This document shows positions 1 through 15,100 of a DNA stretch of 64,000 bases, in pieces. The DNA is from Takakia lepidozioides (Eukaryota; Plantae; Bryophyta), in assembly GCA_030704615.1 (NCBI GenBank), contig CM060732.1, forward strand, positions 43,524,001-43,588,000. Direction: 5' to 3'. Made by a program: the position numbers and the translations under genes. The first letter of the stretch is position 1. Every line of letters starts with the position of its first letter. The notes beneath the pieces were generated by a model. The model had not been told where the DNA came from, did no database searches, and was given only the letters and a program-made list of their open reading frames with translations.

Positions 1-1119
1 GTATTCACTGACTACGGTATGTGTGCCTAATGGTGTAATCGAGGGTTTCAATATTTTACCTTCTAATAACCCCAAATAAAGTTGATCTTAGGGCCTCTGA
101 CCCCTGTTTAATCTTAACAAATAATAATAATTATAAACTTCCATGACTTATTTTCACATTCACCTCCAATTTACAATTATAAGTTTATTTTTTACTTTAT
201 TTTTTACTACGTCTTACTACGATTTGTAGCTCTCAATTAAATCACATTTGGACAAGTTCAAAGGCACCTCATCAACGTTCATATATGGTACTACAGAGGT
301 ATATTGGACGAACCATACACATGTATTTATTGCTCTTAAATTACCTAATTATATTATTTGCCACCAACATATCTCATCAACTAGGAGGAGCCATCACCCG
401 ACGAGCCATACATGGACATTGATGAGCATGTGTAACTGTTTAACAAAATTATCTTTTATTATGAAACATTTTTAAGTAACAAAAAATAATGTTTTATTGC
501 ATTCTTTCGAACAATACACATGCCTTTGCTAGAAAATTTGTTTGACTTTCTAGCACCAGCAGCATTATGTTTTCCAGATTTCTGGCATATCTTAGTTTAT
601 GTAGAAATTCGGCTGATATTTGTGTCATAAGTTTGAGTTAATATGCTACATCAAATGAAGATGTTATTTTGCTGAAAAAACATCCCAAAATTATGTAAAA
701 CACTTAAGGAATTTAATTTTTTCCACCAATGTGCCTCCCTTCTTACACTGTATGAAATATCCTATGATTTTTATTAATGGCACGAGAACATGGACATAGG
801 TAATATGAAACAAGGCGTCAACAAAGGAAAGTGGGTTAAATTGTTGATAAAGCTCTAGAGCGTCAACATTCTCTCCTAGCAACCTTCCGAGCGACATGGG
901 GAAGACAAGGCATCATATGCAGCTGCCCTTCGACTGATAGTACCTACCTGTAGCCTCAGCAAATCTCCAGAACAATGGCAAGGCCACAAGGCCAACGTCT
1001 TTGGCTTCAGAGTTTGATAAGTCTGAGATAAATTGGAAACACATTAGAGTGGTCACTAAAATAAAACTCCACTACCATAGATAGACACAGTCCCCACCTT
1101 TGCTCAATAATTATTATAA

Positions 1120-1373
1120 AAATTCCTGGTTTCAGCCCGGGGACTTTGAGTAAATTTTTCTACCTTACTGGTGCAATCCTTGGGCTTCCCTCACTGGGGT
1201 CCTTGGTTCTTTCCAGTAATTCATTTCGGTGCATTGTTTTCTACTCACGTTTATAGGGGTTATCCTGCTGTGGGCACAGAGGCTTATAAGGGTTTTAATA
1301 ATTTTCCCTTGAATAATTGTTAATAAAGTTCTCAAGGCTTCCTCACGTCTTTAAAAAAAAAAAAAAAAAAAAA
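1120..1373 (+). mobile_element. Poly(A)-tailed retroelement 3' end
   Basis: aataaa at about 1322 followed by an A-run of about 21; no TSD identified. Confidence 0.4.
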
Positions 1374-1631
1374 GTAGATGGCACATAGAAAATGGATCTT
1401 CACCTTTGCATGGTCATAATTAAGATTTGATCTACCATCATATTATATAGCTCTTGACAAATTAAATTTCTCATGGTGATCATACTATTCATCACGGTGG
1501 GCTACACAAAAGACAATGTTGTATTGTTAGTACTCTCAAGTGCTGATGAGATCCATACCAAAGTTAGTCTGCGTTTGTATCCCACAATGTTGAATTTGAT
1601 TTATGATCTATCAATTCATGAAGTACTAGTA

Positions 1632-4346
1632 CTAGGCTGCTACAAGACATTGCTGTAATTTTTGGCCAAATAGAGCACCAGCACAACTTTGCACCAATGA
1701 GGAAAGTTTTGTTGTTGAAGCTATGGGTGGATAGTATCCCGCATCTGCATATTCTGCAATGTCTAATATGGAGGAGGAACCGCTGTACGAAGTCGGTTGG
1801 TGGAATGTAGATCCATTCGTCAATAGATCATTGGAGCTACGAATAGTGGCGGTTTGGTCAAAATCACTTCCTACCCCAGCAAACCATGGAGTCACCTCCG
1901 TCCTTCGACCCGCAACAAAGACATTGTTTTCGGACGTTATCTTAGCGTGAACTCTTGCACCCAAAGCATAGTATCCCCAATTGGTAAAAAGGTTGTTCAC
2001 AACATGACAATTGCCCCACCTGCATTAACACAAGAGATAACGATTAGTGACCCTCATTTGATGGGACCAAGGTGATGCATTGTTTTCATATTAACAATAT
2101 GTTAGCTTTGTGAAGTGGCTCTTATTTACGCTAACTTCAGTTGGCGTCATATATATCTATATATAAAAGCTTTTGTAGGCACAACAAGATGGGGAAAGTA
2201 CCGGCAATGAGGCATGCGTTGCATTGAGTCTTTGAACCAATTTCGAAAGACAGTGACCCTCATGTTCTTGTCCTCCGTATCAACGTCAGATGCTCCAAGA
2301 AGCATATTGAAGTTGGGGTTTGTTAGATAGGAGTTGGAGATAGTGACATCCGTTGAGCCTTGCAGAACTGACACTAATCCAAGTTTTGCATTGAATGATG
2401 TGAGATGATCAACCCATACTTGCGTTGTCTTTGCAAAAATATGCACAGTATCACTCTCTCCTACAGAATTGATTTGTAGGTTGTGTATGATGACGTTGGA
2501 GATCCCGGCCAATACTACGTTGCGACCTGATCATGATCCAAGCAATTAGTAGTTCACAACATGGAAGTTAGGTTGGAAATCAAATTCTATACAGTTTTAG
2601 CCAAGGTTTTTTCTCTCTCCTTTCATTTTTTTTCTTTTTCCCTTTCTATATTGTTAGTTTAGGGTAACCCCCTTAAGACCAAGTTGCTCACAACACATGA
2701 GTAGATCACCTATAATGGTGACATTGAAGCCGCGCCCGTCGAGTGTAGTTGAGCTCCGGAGCCAAAGCATGTCTTTGAGCACAATGATGAGATTACGAGC
2801 AAATGTGATCCAAACCCCGCCATTGGCGCCCCCTAGGTTGACGCCGTAGCGTAGTGACCCTTGTGGTGGGTTTTGAGGATCATCGTCCGGGACGGACACC
2901 ACATATGAGCGGCCTTGAGCACCCCCCGTCACTCCAGCCGCATAGCCAAATGCGCATGATGCCAAGCCCCTCCCCTTACCGCAACTTGAAAACTGGCATG
3001 TGGTTCCATCCACCACACACGCTGGATAGCCAGACACTCCAACCCCATTTCATCAAATAGTGATTGAATTGAAAGACAACTTTGTGAATTGCAAGTCTTC
3101 TTTAGGAAAAGGGAAATTTCATTTTGTCATAAGGCAGATTGGAGATATCTTACCTTGTAGCGGCCGTCTTGTTGGCATCTTCATGCTCCCTGACAGCAGC
3201 TGGATAGCAATATAAACAACCATGCACCATTTACATCACAACTAGTAGTCAATTGTTTGACTCCACACCGCCCATGACATTGTTGTGGTGACACCCGGAT
3301 GACTAAATCCCATCTCCTTAGTCAAGTTGTCAAGTCATGCTCTTGACCAACAAGATGTGGTACGCAAAAAACATTGTGATGTATGTGACACTTCCTAAAC
3401 TATTTAACCATGGATATTAAAATGTAAAAATCTATGTTACCTAGTTGAATGTGGTATTATCCTCTCCCCTTCCCTTGGGCGGTGTCCAAATGTTACTGTG
3501 AAAGAGGTTATTTTTTCTCTTACTATAATTAAGGGGCCGCGGTCACTCCCTAGTGTTTTCCTTTATAAAATAAAATAGAATAAAAATTCAATGGTTTAAT
3601 AATGTTAATTTCAATGCAGTATTAATGTTGGCTTTCTGTCAACCCTTCTTAATCTATTCAATAAAGGGTCACAATAGAGGTCATGAGTAATTAATCCATT
3701 GCTGTGGAGAAAGTTTTTTGTTGAATATGATAAAGCATTAAGAAGGAATTCAAGGGGGAAAAAAAAAAAAAAGACACATTAATGTTACTTGTATGGAAAA
3801 TGAATTTCAAAATAAAATTTTCGGCCTAAAAAGAAAAAAGAAAAAAAAGAAGAAGAGGAGGCATAGGGGTCCTCACAGAGCTTAGCCAGCAATCGCAAAC
3901 TCAACACTTGAAAGAAAAGAAGAACAACAGAGAAGATAGAGAGATGCATCACGAGAGATCTGTGGAACGTTGCCAAACAGAGTCCTGAAGAATGATTGAG
4001 TAACAAGGGTGGATTCTTAGTACTAGAAAACTGCTGCTCAATTCCAGGTAGTTGTTGTGTTTGCAGATTGTTGCGAACAAGAAAAATTGAGATTGAAATG
4101 CCTGAAGAATGAGCGAGAAGGCATTGTTTGGGTAGAGGTGCAATCACCCACCGTGTCTGGATGCTGCGAGTATTGTGATGCTGTCTGTGAGCTTGCGAGG
4201 AGGTCCTGTTGGATCTCGTGGCCTTGCAACGGAGGTTGCAGTAGTGGTGGAGTTGATTGGGCATACAGTAGTGTCGGTCTGAAGCATATTGGTAACAGCA
4301 CGACGAGAGCCCACATCCTGGCTTGCAGCAAGCTCGGGTCCTGCAT
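1632..4346 (-). CDS. Pectate lyase (PL1)-like secreted protein, about 5 exons
   Basis: Signal-peptide-like MWALVVLLPICF in exon 1. Exons approx. 4346/4316-4152, 3200-3155, 3021-2711, 2526-2201, 2019-1632 with GT-AG borders. Motifs: CAFGYAAGVTGG, GSLRYGV, TLDGRG, NVIIHNL, VWVDH, STDVTISN, QRMPHCR, HVVNN. Confidence 0.88.
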
Positions 4347-6118
4347 GTTGGCCGCTTCTTGGTGACTGGGCTCTTCTCACTGCATTAAGGCGGGTTGTGA
4401 GGGTCTGGGCTCTTCTCATTTGTGCATGATGCTAGTGTTGGTGAGGTGTTGGTGAGTGTGAAGGGCAGGCCAGCTGACTGCTAGGCAGTTATGGTCTGAC
4501 AGTTAAGGGGGGCAGTGTGACTGTTGGCGATCCTACACTGCCCAACTTCCAGAGCCTTTCGTGCACGTGCTTCATTGATTGATTGAAGACGTCATTTCTA
4601 GACGTTACTGAATTTGACGCTTTGAGAGTCAGTGAGGCGTTCTCTTCTCAGTGGGTTTCAGATATCTCTTTCGACTGGGGACGAGGCAGGCAATCGGACA
4701 CGCAAAGACGGTGGGAGACTAGTGATCCGCCCGTCATTCCTTTGTTTCAGGACACGGATTTCCGCCTCTGTCTCGGTGTGCGGTAGTACATCCTGCACGC
4801 TTTTGAGCCTGTATTTGGCATCGCCTTGTCTGTAGATCACCTAGGATACACCCGCTATAACTTCTCAAAGAGTTAGGTTCAATTCGTCCAGAGTCTATGC
4901 GTATGACCTTCAATTGGGCGAACATCAAAGGGCGTGAGCTGGAACAGCAAAGATCTGAAGTCCAAAATGTGCAAGTCCCAGGCCCCAAGGATGGTTGGCC
5001 CTGGAACCACAAAAGTTTGATACGGCAGCAAACAGGTGATCTGCCAACGACATGGTGGCAGCCGGTCCTCCATGTAAAGTAAACACCAGTTCCTGATTTG
5101 ACGGGAGAGAGTTTAGGAACTCCAGCAGTGGTTCTGAACGGAGGTCACCCAAGCTCAGGTTCCAGATCTTGGATAGGCAGAAAAGAAATTATGGATATAG
5201 GTGGGACTGAGGAGGGTGGATGTAGTGAGGAGCACGTTACCGTAAATGAGAAGCAATCGATTCAAAATCTCTTACACATTTGGATGACTGTTATTTTCTT
5301 TTGAGGTACTAGACAAAGACGTATATTTGAGATCCTGCAGTCTTCATTATGCATCATCTTATTATTGCCAAACATCTCAACAGTCAGAAGGACTGATCCA
5401 GCCCTTTGGACTTGCACTGTAACCTTGAAAGATATTTTCTTCAAGCACTTCATTCAAGAATGATACTCCGCCTTACATGATTGTCAAAATTGCCCTAGCT
5501 TGGAAGGTTATTGATATGTGTGATGGCCTACTTGGCTATCACAATCACCATTTTTAAAGCATTCATGACCATACTTCGCAGACAACATTCAATTTGAAGC
5601 CTGAGTTTCCAAGAAAACTGACTCTGCAGAGTCCCCTACACTGCCCTCATCATGAACACCCACTGACTTCAAATAAGGAGTATACTACAATGAGTGGCAT
5701 CTACATCCCTAGCAAATATGCTAAACATACTTGAAACGAAATTTGTGTGGAAAGGGAAATTCAGAATCCTGCCTCAACACACATACTTGACTCTGCAAAC
5801 ACCCCTTCTACTGAAATTGCCATGCGTCACATGATTTGAGGTGAGGGCTAGTCTTGCACAAGAAAATTCTTGTTGCTGTTGTTGCATGCAGCCACTGGAT
5901 TATTCCAGCAACATGAGCAGCTTGTCCTACTTGCCACTTAGAGCAATGACATTCAATGAAGCATGAGACAAAGTTTTCTAACTCAAGCTCTGATGTAGAT
6001 ACTTCAATCATTACTGATATAACAATGGATTCGACTTTGGTCCTACGTTAAAGGCAGCAATCTAGTTTTTAAGTGTGAAAATTTTCCGTTCCACATCGGG
6101 CATTCTGAAACCACCTTC

Positions 6119-9100
6119 TCAGTCTTGAAGAGTTCTGTTAGAAATAAGCCTAGCTTCTGCTGCAGCTGCTGCAGCAGCCGCAGGAGGCAAACTTCTCAGG
6201 TTTCCCATAAGCCCAGCTGGCTGCAACTGGTCAGCCGTATTACCATCTTCAGATTCAGAAGAAAACAGTGCATTGACATCCCTCAGCGTAAGAGTGTAAC
6301 CATCTCCCTTCTTGCTATGCCTGACACTGCCAGCCAGTCCAGTCGTAGTATGTGCCTTGCGACGCCTTAATTTATAGATGCTCTCCTCCACCGTGTCACT
6401 GATCTGTGAGACATCCAAAGAGGGTGGTTTGAGCCATCTATTATACCCACACATCATTGTACCCACATGTCACCCAACATTGACATACAATTCTCCAATT
6501 TACACTTTGAGCTGCAGCTGCCTTACAGGAAGAGAGGCCAAAAGTCAAGGAATAAAGACTGTATAAATAGCACCCTCGTCCTGTGTCAATGGCCAAATCC
6601 TTGGTAGCTAACATCTTGAAAGAAGGGGGCTTCAAGTTGAGGGGAAGGGGTTTGTTTGCGGGCTTGTGAGACCTGTGTCCTTAGCCCTTGTTTGTTAGTA
6701 GGTTGTGGCACCTTGGGACATCACAAAATCATCCCCTGCAGTTGGAGGCTCAAGCAAAGATTTAAACTTGATTCACATGTTGAGCTTTGCTACTGGAAGA
6801 TCTGCAACTCATATGATTAGGTCACTAAGCATGACTCACAATAAACCGATGTACAAAAGTCGAATGGCATTGCCCAATTCGATGCACACGGTTGATGGCT
6901 TGAGCTTCAGCACCAGGGTTAAGCAGTGGCTCCATCAAAATAACATGCTGTGCTTCCACAAGATTAAGGCCATTGGCCCCCTGTTTTATGGGCAACAGCA
7001 GCACCTGCACCGGCTCCACTCTTGCTTTATCTGTCTTGCTCATTGCTGGACTGGGGACTCTGGTGGTTCCTCTGAACTTCTCAAGTGCAGCATTCAATTT
7101 CCTGGTACCCATTTCAGTAGCCCTGCATTAGATGCAATCATTCCACACAAAACAAGATGCTGTCTGATAGGCTCACCTTACAAGTTGAGTTGTGATACAT
7201 TGTGATGCAACTCAGTGTGCGCTGAGGTTGTGAGGAATTGTTGATAATACGTTGTTTCCACTTCAACCTTAATGTGGATTCCAGGCAGTATGTTAAGATC
7301 TCCTATGGGTGCAGTTTGCACCTAAGATGGGCAAGCCTGTTGGTAAACATGTTCATGAGTCTAACCGGCATTTCCAGAAAGCATATAATCAGTGGCTACG
7401 CTAGCATACAGGCAATTGACAGAACTGCTAAAGCTGCTTTCAAGCTACAGTCACAAGAGAGCATTGTGAACAGGTCAGTAAGTAGACAGAGGGCACACCC
7501 GCGCTCCTTAATGCGGGCAAATGTGATGCGGTTGGCAGCCAGTGCATGCTCCACTACATCCAGCACATCCTGCCACTGGGAAAATAGAAGCACCTTTGCC
7601 TCGGGATCTTTTGACTTCACCCACAATATCCTCCTCACCACTGCCTCCAGCTGTAAGAAATGTACCACACAATGAAGGCATGTCATTGCATGCGGGTTGT
7701 ACAGACCACGATGAGTTACTGTCAGCTACTGCAGCCCTGCCATGGCATGCTTTCAGGCAGGCCCCAGACATTGGTAGTGAATGAGAAATACATGCAATGT
7801 TGCTGACCAATCATTGCATATTCAGCAGGTGACACTCAGGTGGAATAACTACAAATCCTGCCCAAATACCATTGCAGGACAGCATGGGGCAGGCAGAGTT
7901 TATGCTAAGCACCTTTGTCCCATAGGAGCCCATCACGGACAAAGTGTGTTCCTCGTCCTCTTCTTCGCCTTCAAACTGACCCACTATGGAACCCATTCCA
8001 AGCTTCTCAGAGCCATTATCCACAAAAGCAATTTCGCCCACATTAGCACGATGACGACAGGTGGGGCACATGATGCGTTTCTGAGACTTGGTACCGTGTG
8101 GTACTGTCGCCCGCTCGACCAGCGCCATCAGACCTAGCCCCCCCACATCATGCCAAGTAATCAGAGAGTGCAAGTTGTAATCTCTCTTCCTGTGAAAATT
8201 CAGAGCATTGCCCTGATTGATGGAAAAATGCGAGGCCCCAGTTTCCAAAGGGTTTTATATGGTTGATTTAAGCTGCCCTTGACATACTAAACAGGTCCAC
8301 CAATTCAATCTGAACAATTACTTACAGCACAGTTGAATACTTACATTTGCAACAGAGCAGATGGCCGCAGGGAAGGACCATAAGCTGAGAACCCAGCTTC
8401 TCGTGACACACAGGACAGGCCTCCTCCTCCACTCTTGCCCAGCCTTCTGTCTGAGGTTCTCCATTTTCAACTGACCTACCCTGAAATGTGATGTCATTGC
8501 TCGAAGTTGACAAATTATCATTAGTCTTCTTTAGTGCACGTTGAGCATCCATTACTGCCTTTCGCCTGGCTGACTTCAGCCCCTGCATCATATTTAAAGA
8601 AAATCATAAACGTAGAGAAAACACAGTGGCATGTTATTTAAAACACATCTCGAACACATATGGCCCTAATTCTCAACCATTGGATGAACATGTGATGCTG
8701 CCAAGCCTTAGCAGCTTTTACCTCTTTGCCCTGCTGCTATGATACATATGTCACCCTATGAACGATTTCATACCTCTTTTCTCCTTATCACATCATTCCG
8801 TCTTATTGGAAACGATCACTCTGAGTCACTGAGCATCGCAGTCTATATGGGCAGCTTCCATTAGATACTCAGATGCCTCTAATTTGCTTCAGGATTAGCA
8901 TGTGTTACTTGTATTCACTTACATTGGTTACACATGATCTTATCGGTCTATTACAACTCCATAACAAATGCAGGGTAGACGGCATAATATAGCTAACTAG
9001 CAGTTGCTGCGGTCATCATAAGCAGACACTAGCCTTTGCTGGAGCTCCCTATGGCCTAGTGAAACAAAAACCAAGGTACTGTACACCAAGCTGTTTGACG

Positions 9101-12100
9101 AGTGAGGAAACCTATTACTGACACCATCTTAAGCCATTCCCCACATTCGTTCTTAATGTCAAACAGAGTGAACTCAAGTGCAATGTATGAGAGTACTTTC
9201 AAATAGCGAAGCTGTCCCTTTGCTCGTGTGAAGTCATCAAGTGCCATAAATTTTTCCCCTGTCAGCTGAACATTTCTCTGGGGTATTTCTTCAGGGTGCA
9301 GCTTGAAAAGGTTGTCAATCTCACTCTGTCTCTCGTGCCCGTGGTAACGCAGTTGTAGGCGGGTGGTGGCCATGTTAAGCTCATCCAGTGCATATAGTAC
9401 TTCTCGCTGTGCCAGAGCCAACAGCCGTGATTGTGCATACTCCTTTCGCATAGCCTGTATGCTAGCATGTTAACTAACTGTGGTGATGCAGGACCCTAAA
9501 TTATTAGAAAAAGGCTCTTCAAGGTGTGCTCTCAAGAAATACAAGCAGATTGTTTCCAATAAAGCACCAACTGACTGGCGAAAAGAATGCCATGCCAAAA
9601 CAAACAAAACACCATGCTGCCAACCCCAGCACTCAAAGCAAGTAAAAGGTGGGCACATTAAAACATGACAAAGAGCTAGCTATAAGTAAAACCACAATTC
9701 CTACATACAATGCCGAAGCTCATTTGTCATGGAGAACACTGTAAGTCTAAGCTGTTGGCGCCATCCATACCTCCACAGATTGAAGGTGCTTTTTGGCTGC
9801 TAATGCCCCATGAATGAGCTTCGAATGACCCTTCACGATGGATAGAATCCGCTCTGTCTCTGATGGAGCTCTTGTAACCTACAGAAGTTCCCTAATGATC
9901 ATAAGCCAACCAAGATAGAACAAAGGCCCCGAGCACTGCAAAGAAGCCCCAAAAAACTTCGACCAACATATGCAGTAGTGCTTTTACTACCCTCTCCGCG
10001 TAAATGATGGTTAGAGGTAGATCACTGAACTTTACTGATATATATATACAGTCAAGAGCGTGCACATTGTGCTCAATCAATGTAGATGTCATACCAATGC
10101 TGAAGCAGGACCTTTGTATCGAACACCTCTTTCTACATCCTCGTTAGCAGTTTGATTGCCTCTGATGCCACTGTTATTGACGCCGATTCGCTTATGTGCA
10201 AGGCTGGTGTGTTGCGCACGTATTGTGTCCTCTGCGGACACCACTTCATCTCCGGTCGCCGTAACCTTGAGAAAGAACAACCTATTTTCATATGCCTGCA
10301 TATTCCATACCTCCCCAACACTCCTTAGCCACCTTCCTTGAAGGTTCTCAATTGATGCATTTTCAGTGAGTCTGTTGATGACCTCACCCTCGAGCCCACT
10401 AGGCTGTAGCAGAGGGTCGTGCAACTGCACAGCGAATTGAGGAAATATAATCCTGTAAGGAAAGCTGCTCTGATGGGGATTAAGAATAAATTGGCAATCT
10501 CAGAGAGTCAAGCTCTTTTCAAAACACACACTAGATGGACCAGCAGTCGGCTCAGGTACAAGTATATGCAAACTTATTTGATGCCTCAGGCCCGACTAAA
10601 GGATACTAAGATGGATCTGGGTTCATCCAGGACCATGAAGGACGATATATATAGTCCATCTGCTCATGCATGACCAGCAGCAGTCAACACCTGAAAGACC
10701 TCCTCTGCTTCACAATGGGAACACAAAGGGCCCTCCATCGTGGGTTGGCAACGAGAACATTGACCAGCACGCTCAATGTCAGGAGCATCAGGTTTGTCCA
10801 TACGAGCATCCAGATCGGTCAAACAATGCAGCAGGTCAGTTCGCCCACAGTTCATTGCATCCAGTTCCCTCTGCAGCACGAACCTCAGCCCTGCAATGTC
10901 TCGAAACCTGCACATAGCACAAGATCAGCGTTCATGCTTTGTACTCTCAGATTATAGATAGTGGGTAAACATATGGCTGAAGGACCAATCACCCCCCATG
11001 AGCAAGGGTCCTCACCGTAATGCAAGACTCGATGTATTTCGGTGCTTGATACGCCCCATGTTTCCAGATTCACCCAAATGATCAGACTCTAACAGCTGGT
11101 CTCGGATCTTCTTAACTAGCTCCAAGCCACGATCACCATGCTGCTCTACAGAGGCAAGGATATCTAACCACCACATCGTACCCCCTGCTGCTGCACAATC
11201 CCTCTCTGCTTCCTGCACCTGCGTTATCCCATGTGTATTCACTATGAGATACTATACAACAATTGGGAAGAGGAGAGTATTAAGCCATTTGAGACTCCCC
11301 AGCTGCTTGGCCACTGTTACACCATTGATGTAACCAAATGATTCTCCCAATTTCCAACCACAAAGAGTTCCCATGAGTAGAATGTTGGTATAACGACCCT
11401 CAAAGTCATCCCAACATGACTTTGCCAAAAATCTTAGCCTAATTACATCAGAAATCAAAAGAGAACTGGAGCAAGAAAGCATTCCGACCCATCAAACCAT
11501 AATGGATTCACACAAAAATGCACCACATTCTCATAAATGAAGACCAGAGGAAAAGTCAACGATTCTCCCTCTCTCTATCCCAAATTCTTTCTTTCTTTTT
11601 CCATTTTGTCCCATAAGCTCTTTGAGCTTTCCGTGGACATTATAAAGTACCATTTCCTTTCTTCTCTCATGCCCTGCCTGCAACCTGACACATACTGGTG
11701 TCCTTCAGAGATTCCTTGTCCTTGGCAAAGGCCTTCAAATATGACTCCTCTCAAGTGCTTAGTAGCTTACCTGCATCTCCATGAACAGTGTGGGGTTTGA
11801 TACATTCTACTTGTTTCTTTGACCCTATGGCCCTATGGGCCACTCAGGACAACAAACTTCTCTCTTTCTTCTCTTTCCTCTTTCTTGCTTTTCCCTTTTA
11901 TCCCCTAAGCTCTTTGAGCTTTCCGCAGACGTTATAAACTACCATTTCATTTCATTTCTTCTTCCAATGGGGCTGGGCCGACTGTGGACATGATGACTTC
12001 TTTGTTCTTCTCCAATACTTTCTAGTTCCATGAGCTCTTTGGATTCCCCTCAAGACCATAAAGTTCCTTGCTTTCTTTCTTTTTTGTCTCTCTTGATCAT

Positions 12101-15100
12101 ATTCTAGTTTTAGAGATCTCATTCACATGTTTCTTTTGGTGTTGCAGGCTCAGTTTCTACTTATTCTTTGTCAGTTTCTTCTTCTGCCTTTCCAAAGAAT
12201 CAAATTTCCTTATGGATGAGCCTACCGTACAGCTCACTGGTGCAGAAACAGACACAAGAAATCATCAGCAGGAATATTGTTATGCTGTCAACCTTTGGAC
12301 AAGACTTATTCTCTCTTAATCGCTCGCTCGGAATATGGAACTGACAATTCATGCTGACAAACCTAAAATCGGAGGTTGAATGCTTGGGTCTTGTACCACT
12401 ACAATCATGTCAGCTTCATTAGCATGTCTAACAGAATTAGAGAGAAGAACCAAAGGGAAGAGATGAGGAGGAAGCAGAAAATGCATCCTCAGATGCAACA
12501 TCAAATGGGCAGTCCCAACTATGCCTGCAGCCTCCAATCCCCCAGCTAGGCACAAAAGCTGCAACAGCTGGCACATGACATGGTGCCACTTTCAGAGCCC
12601 AATATCTGCCACTGTGTCCCCCTTAACCTTGATAAAAATGCATTGTCAAATTTTCAGCAAGAATGAATTCCAGACACAAGGCACTGCCTCACCTGCTTAC
12701 TTGCAGTCTGGAAATCCTCTCGTACACTTGCAAGCTTGCCATGAAAAGCTGCCATGTATCTGGCTTTGATGTCTTCACACTGTTTGACCAAAAGGCCATC
12801 CCTCAACGTCCTGGGAATCTTAGCCCGCACAAATTTTGAACTCCCTGAATCAGAATTGCTGCCCTGTAGATTAACTGGTGCCCCAAGTGGATTGTGTGAT
12901 TTTCCAGTATTCCTTTGGGCTGTGTCATTCTCAGACCCTTGACCAGCTTCTTGGTCACCAAATCCCACAGTTTGTAACTGATCTTCTGCAAGTACCTGAG
13001 AACTTACCACATTTCAGTAGCATTTTCCACCTGTGCAAGTAAACAAGTCTCTCCCCTCTACTCCAACCCACAAACTAGTAGGGCCTGACATCAGCATTAT
13101 CAAGGTAAATAATGCATTTGCTTGAACCTGGCAAAGCACATTTTGGTTATCTAAAAGCCCGAGGTCGGTGTCTAACTCATCAAACAGCCTGTTGGGCATA
13201 GCTGTTGCACCTGTTACCACCCGCAGGCCTGGATGATGTCTCTCTAGTATTGATGCTTTAGCTCAAAGATGTTTGCCAACGAGAAGTCTTTTGTTGACTC
13301 GTCATACCTCAGCCAAGTTATGTAGAGTGTGCAGTTTCTGGAGTGGGTCTACACGGATGTCATCAGAATTCTCTTCAGTAGATGCAAGGGCTTCCCGATA
13401 GATAGAGACAGCCAGTGCACTGTCCTTCTCAATGATTGCCAGCGCAGCCAAACCATTGAGCGCCCCTATAAGAGACCGCTGGGCATCCTCAGCTTCCACC
13501 CTCGCCTTGTCCACCAGCACCTGCCAGCCACAACAACATCAGAGGAACGTTACGTCAGCAGAAAATTAGCTTCATGTACCAGACTACTTGACAGATACAA
13601 TTTGTGCTACATATGTCGAACCACTGAACACCCCTATTGTCAGAGGTAGGGATCAGAGTAGAAACACAGCCAGTCGGGTCAGTTGTGCGATTAAGGTGGA
13701 CAAGAAAAACAAGGCATGTTAAACACCCTCAAGAATGTGTAGTATTTGACATCCAGCCAACATCTACGGATAACAAGGTACCATTCAGCCCCTGCTTGCC
13801 AATGTCATAAGAAACAACAGTTCAAGTTAGAGAGGATGTCATGCCTCCAAGATTTCATCCATTGTCATAGGCGATCGCTGCAAAGAACGAATGCCAGAAC
13901 TGCCCACTTGTGGATGACAGCAAGCTTGTCGAAGCCGGAGCAGATGGTTCAATAGTTTTGCTGCCTCCGAATGTGTGAGAGCCCTGTCTTCACACTCACC
14001 AGGAAGCCCATTTGGGTTGGTAGCATCGTCAGCAGTACATCTGTCACCTTTGTCATTACCCTTGGTATCAAGACCTGGTGGATCTGCAACTGTAATCTCT
14101 GGGACAGCCCCAGTGGCCTTAACAGCACCCACTCTTCTTTCATGACAGCCTAAACTTGTGCTTTCATTCGTGTCCACTACAGTACCACCAAGATTTGAAA
14201 CTCTTTCCATCTCCTTCACAACCACAGGGACCGTGGATGACTCAGCCAGAGGAACTTCTGCCAAGTCTGCTGTTGTCCTTGCAGAACGCCTCCTTTCTGA
14301 AGGGTGAGGAGCAAGGGAAGAGCCTTGCTTGTATTTCGCAATCACTTCACGAGCTTTGATTGCACACCGCTCATGCTGTTGGCGGTAGAAATGAGCTTCT
14401 ACTGGAGAGAAACGCAGCCATGATAACCTATCTTCTTGTGGAGGTAGATTGAGCTCATCCATAATTTGCAGTTTAGAGGAGCGCCACATCAGCCCTCGGA
14501 AGAGATCATGCAAAGCTTTGATCGCGCCTTGTTTCCCTTCCTGCACAATCAGAGACATTTTCCCAAATAGTGAACTAACCTTTCCATGCAACTTCCTTGG
14601 ACATGCAGCGTTCGTCCATTTGGTGCCCAACTAGTTAAGTCCCTGCCTTGTCTGATATCTAGCATAAAAGACTTTTTTTAATAGACGAACACAGACAATC
14701 CACCAGCAATGCTTCAGGGATGGAGGACCCCACATTCCAATTCACAACTTCATGTACAAGAGTTTTCTAGTTGTTGAGACCAGCATTCTTCGAAAAATGA
14801 TATATTGGCTGTATCCAGAACTCTGTAATCAGAGACACATTGATTGCCTGATTGAGTGCACCTCATAAGGCTGCTTCAGTGCCAAGGTCCACCATCGATA
14901 ATTGTCAAAAGGCTGGGCACCCAGAAAGCGAAGCAGTCCATAGAGATCGTCAAGGCCACGCTGAATGGGTGTTCCACTCACACACCAACGATGTGTTGCA
15001 CGCAGGCACATTGCCATCTCAGTGGCACGTGCTGTGCTACTCTCTACCATTTGTGCTTCATCCAAGCATACTCTCCACCACTGCAACTTTGTCAAAGGAG

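Noticed and set aside
691-1030. Possible exons of another minus-strand gene
   Set aside because: No recognisable domain, and a consistent splice model could not be built.
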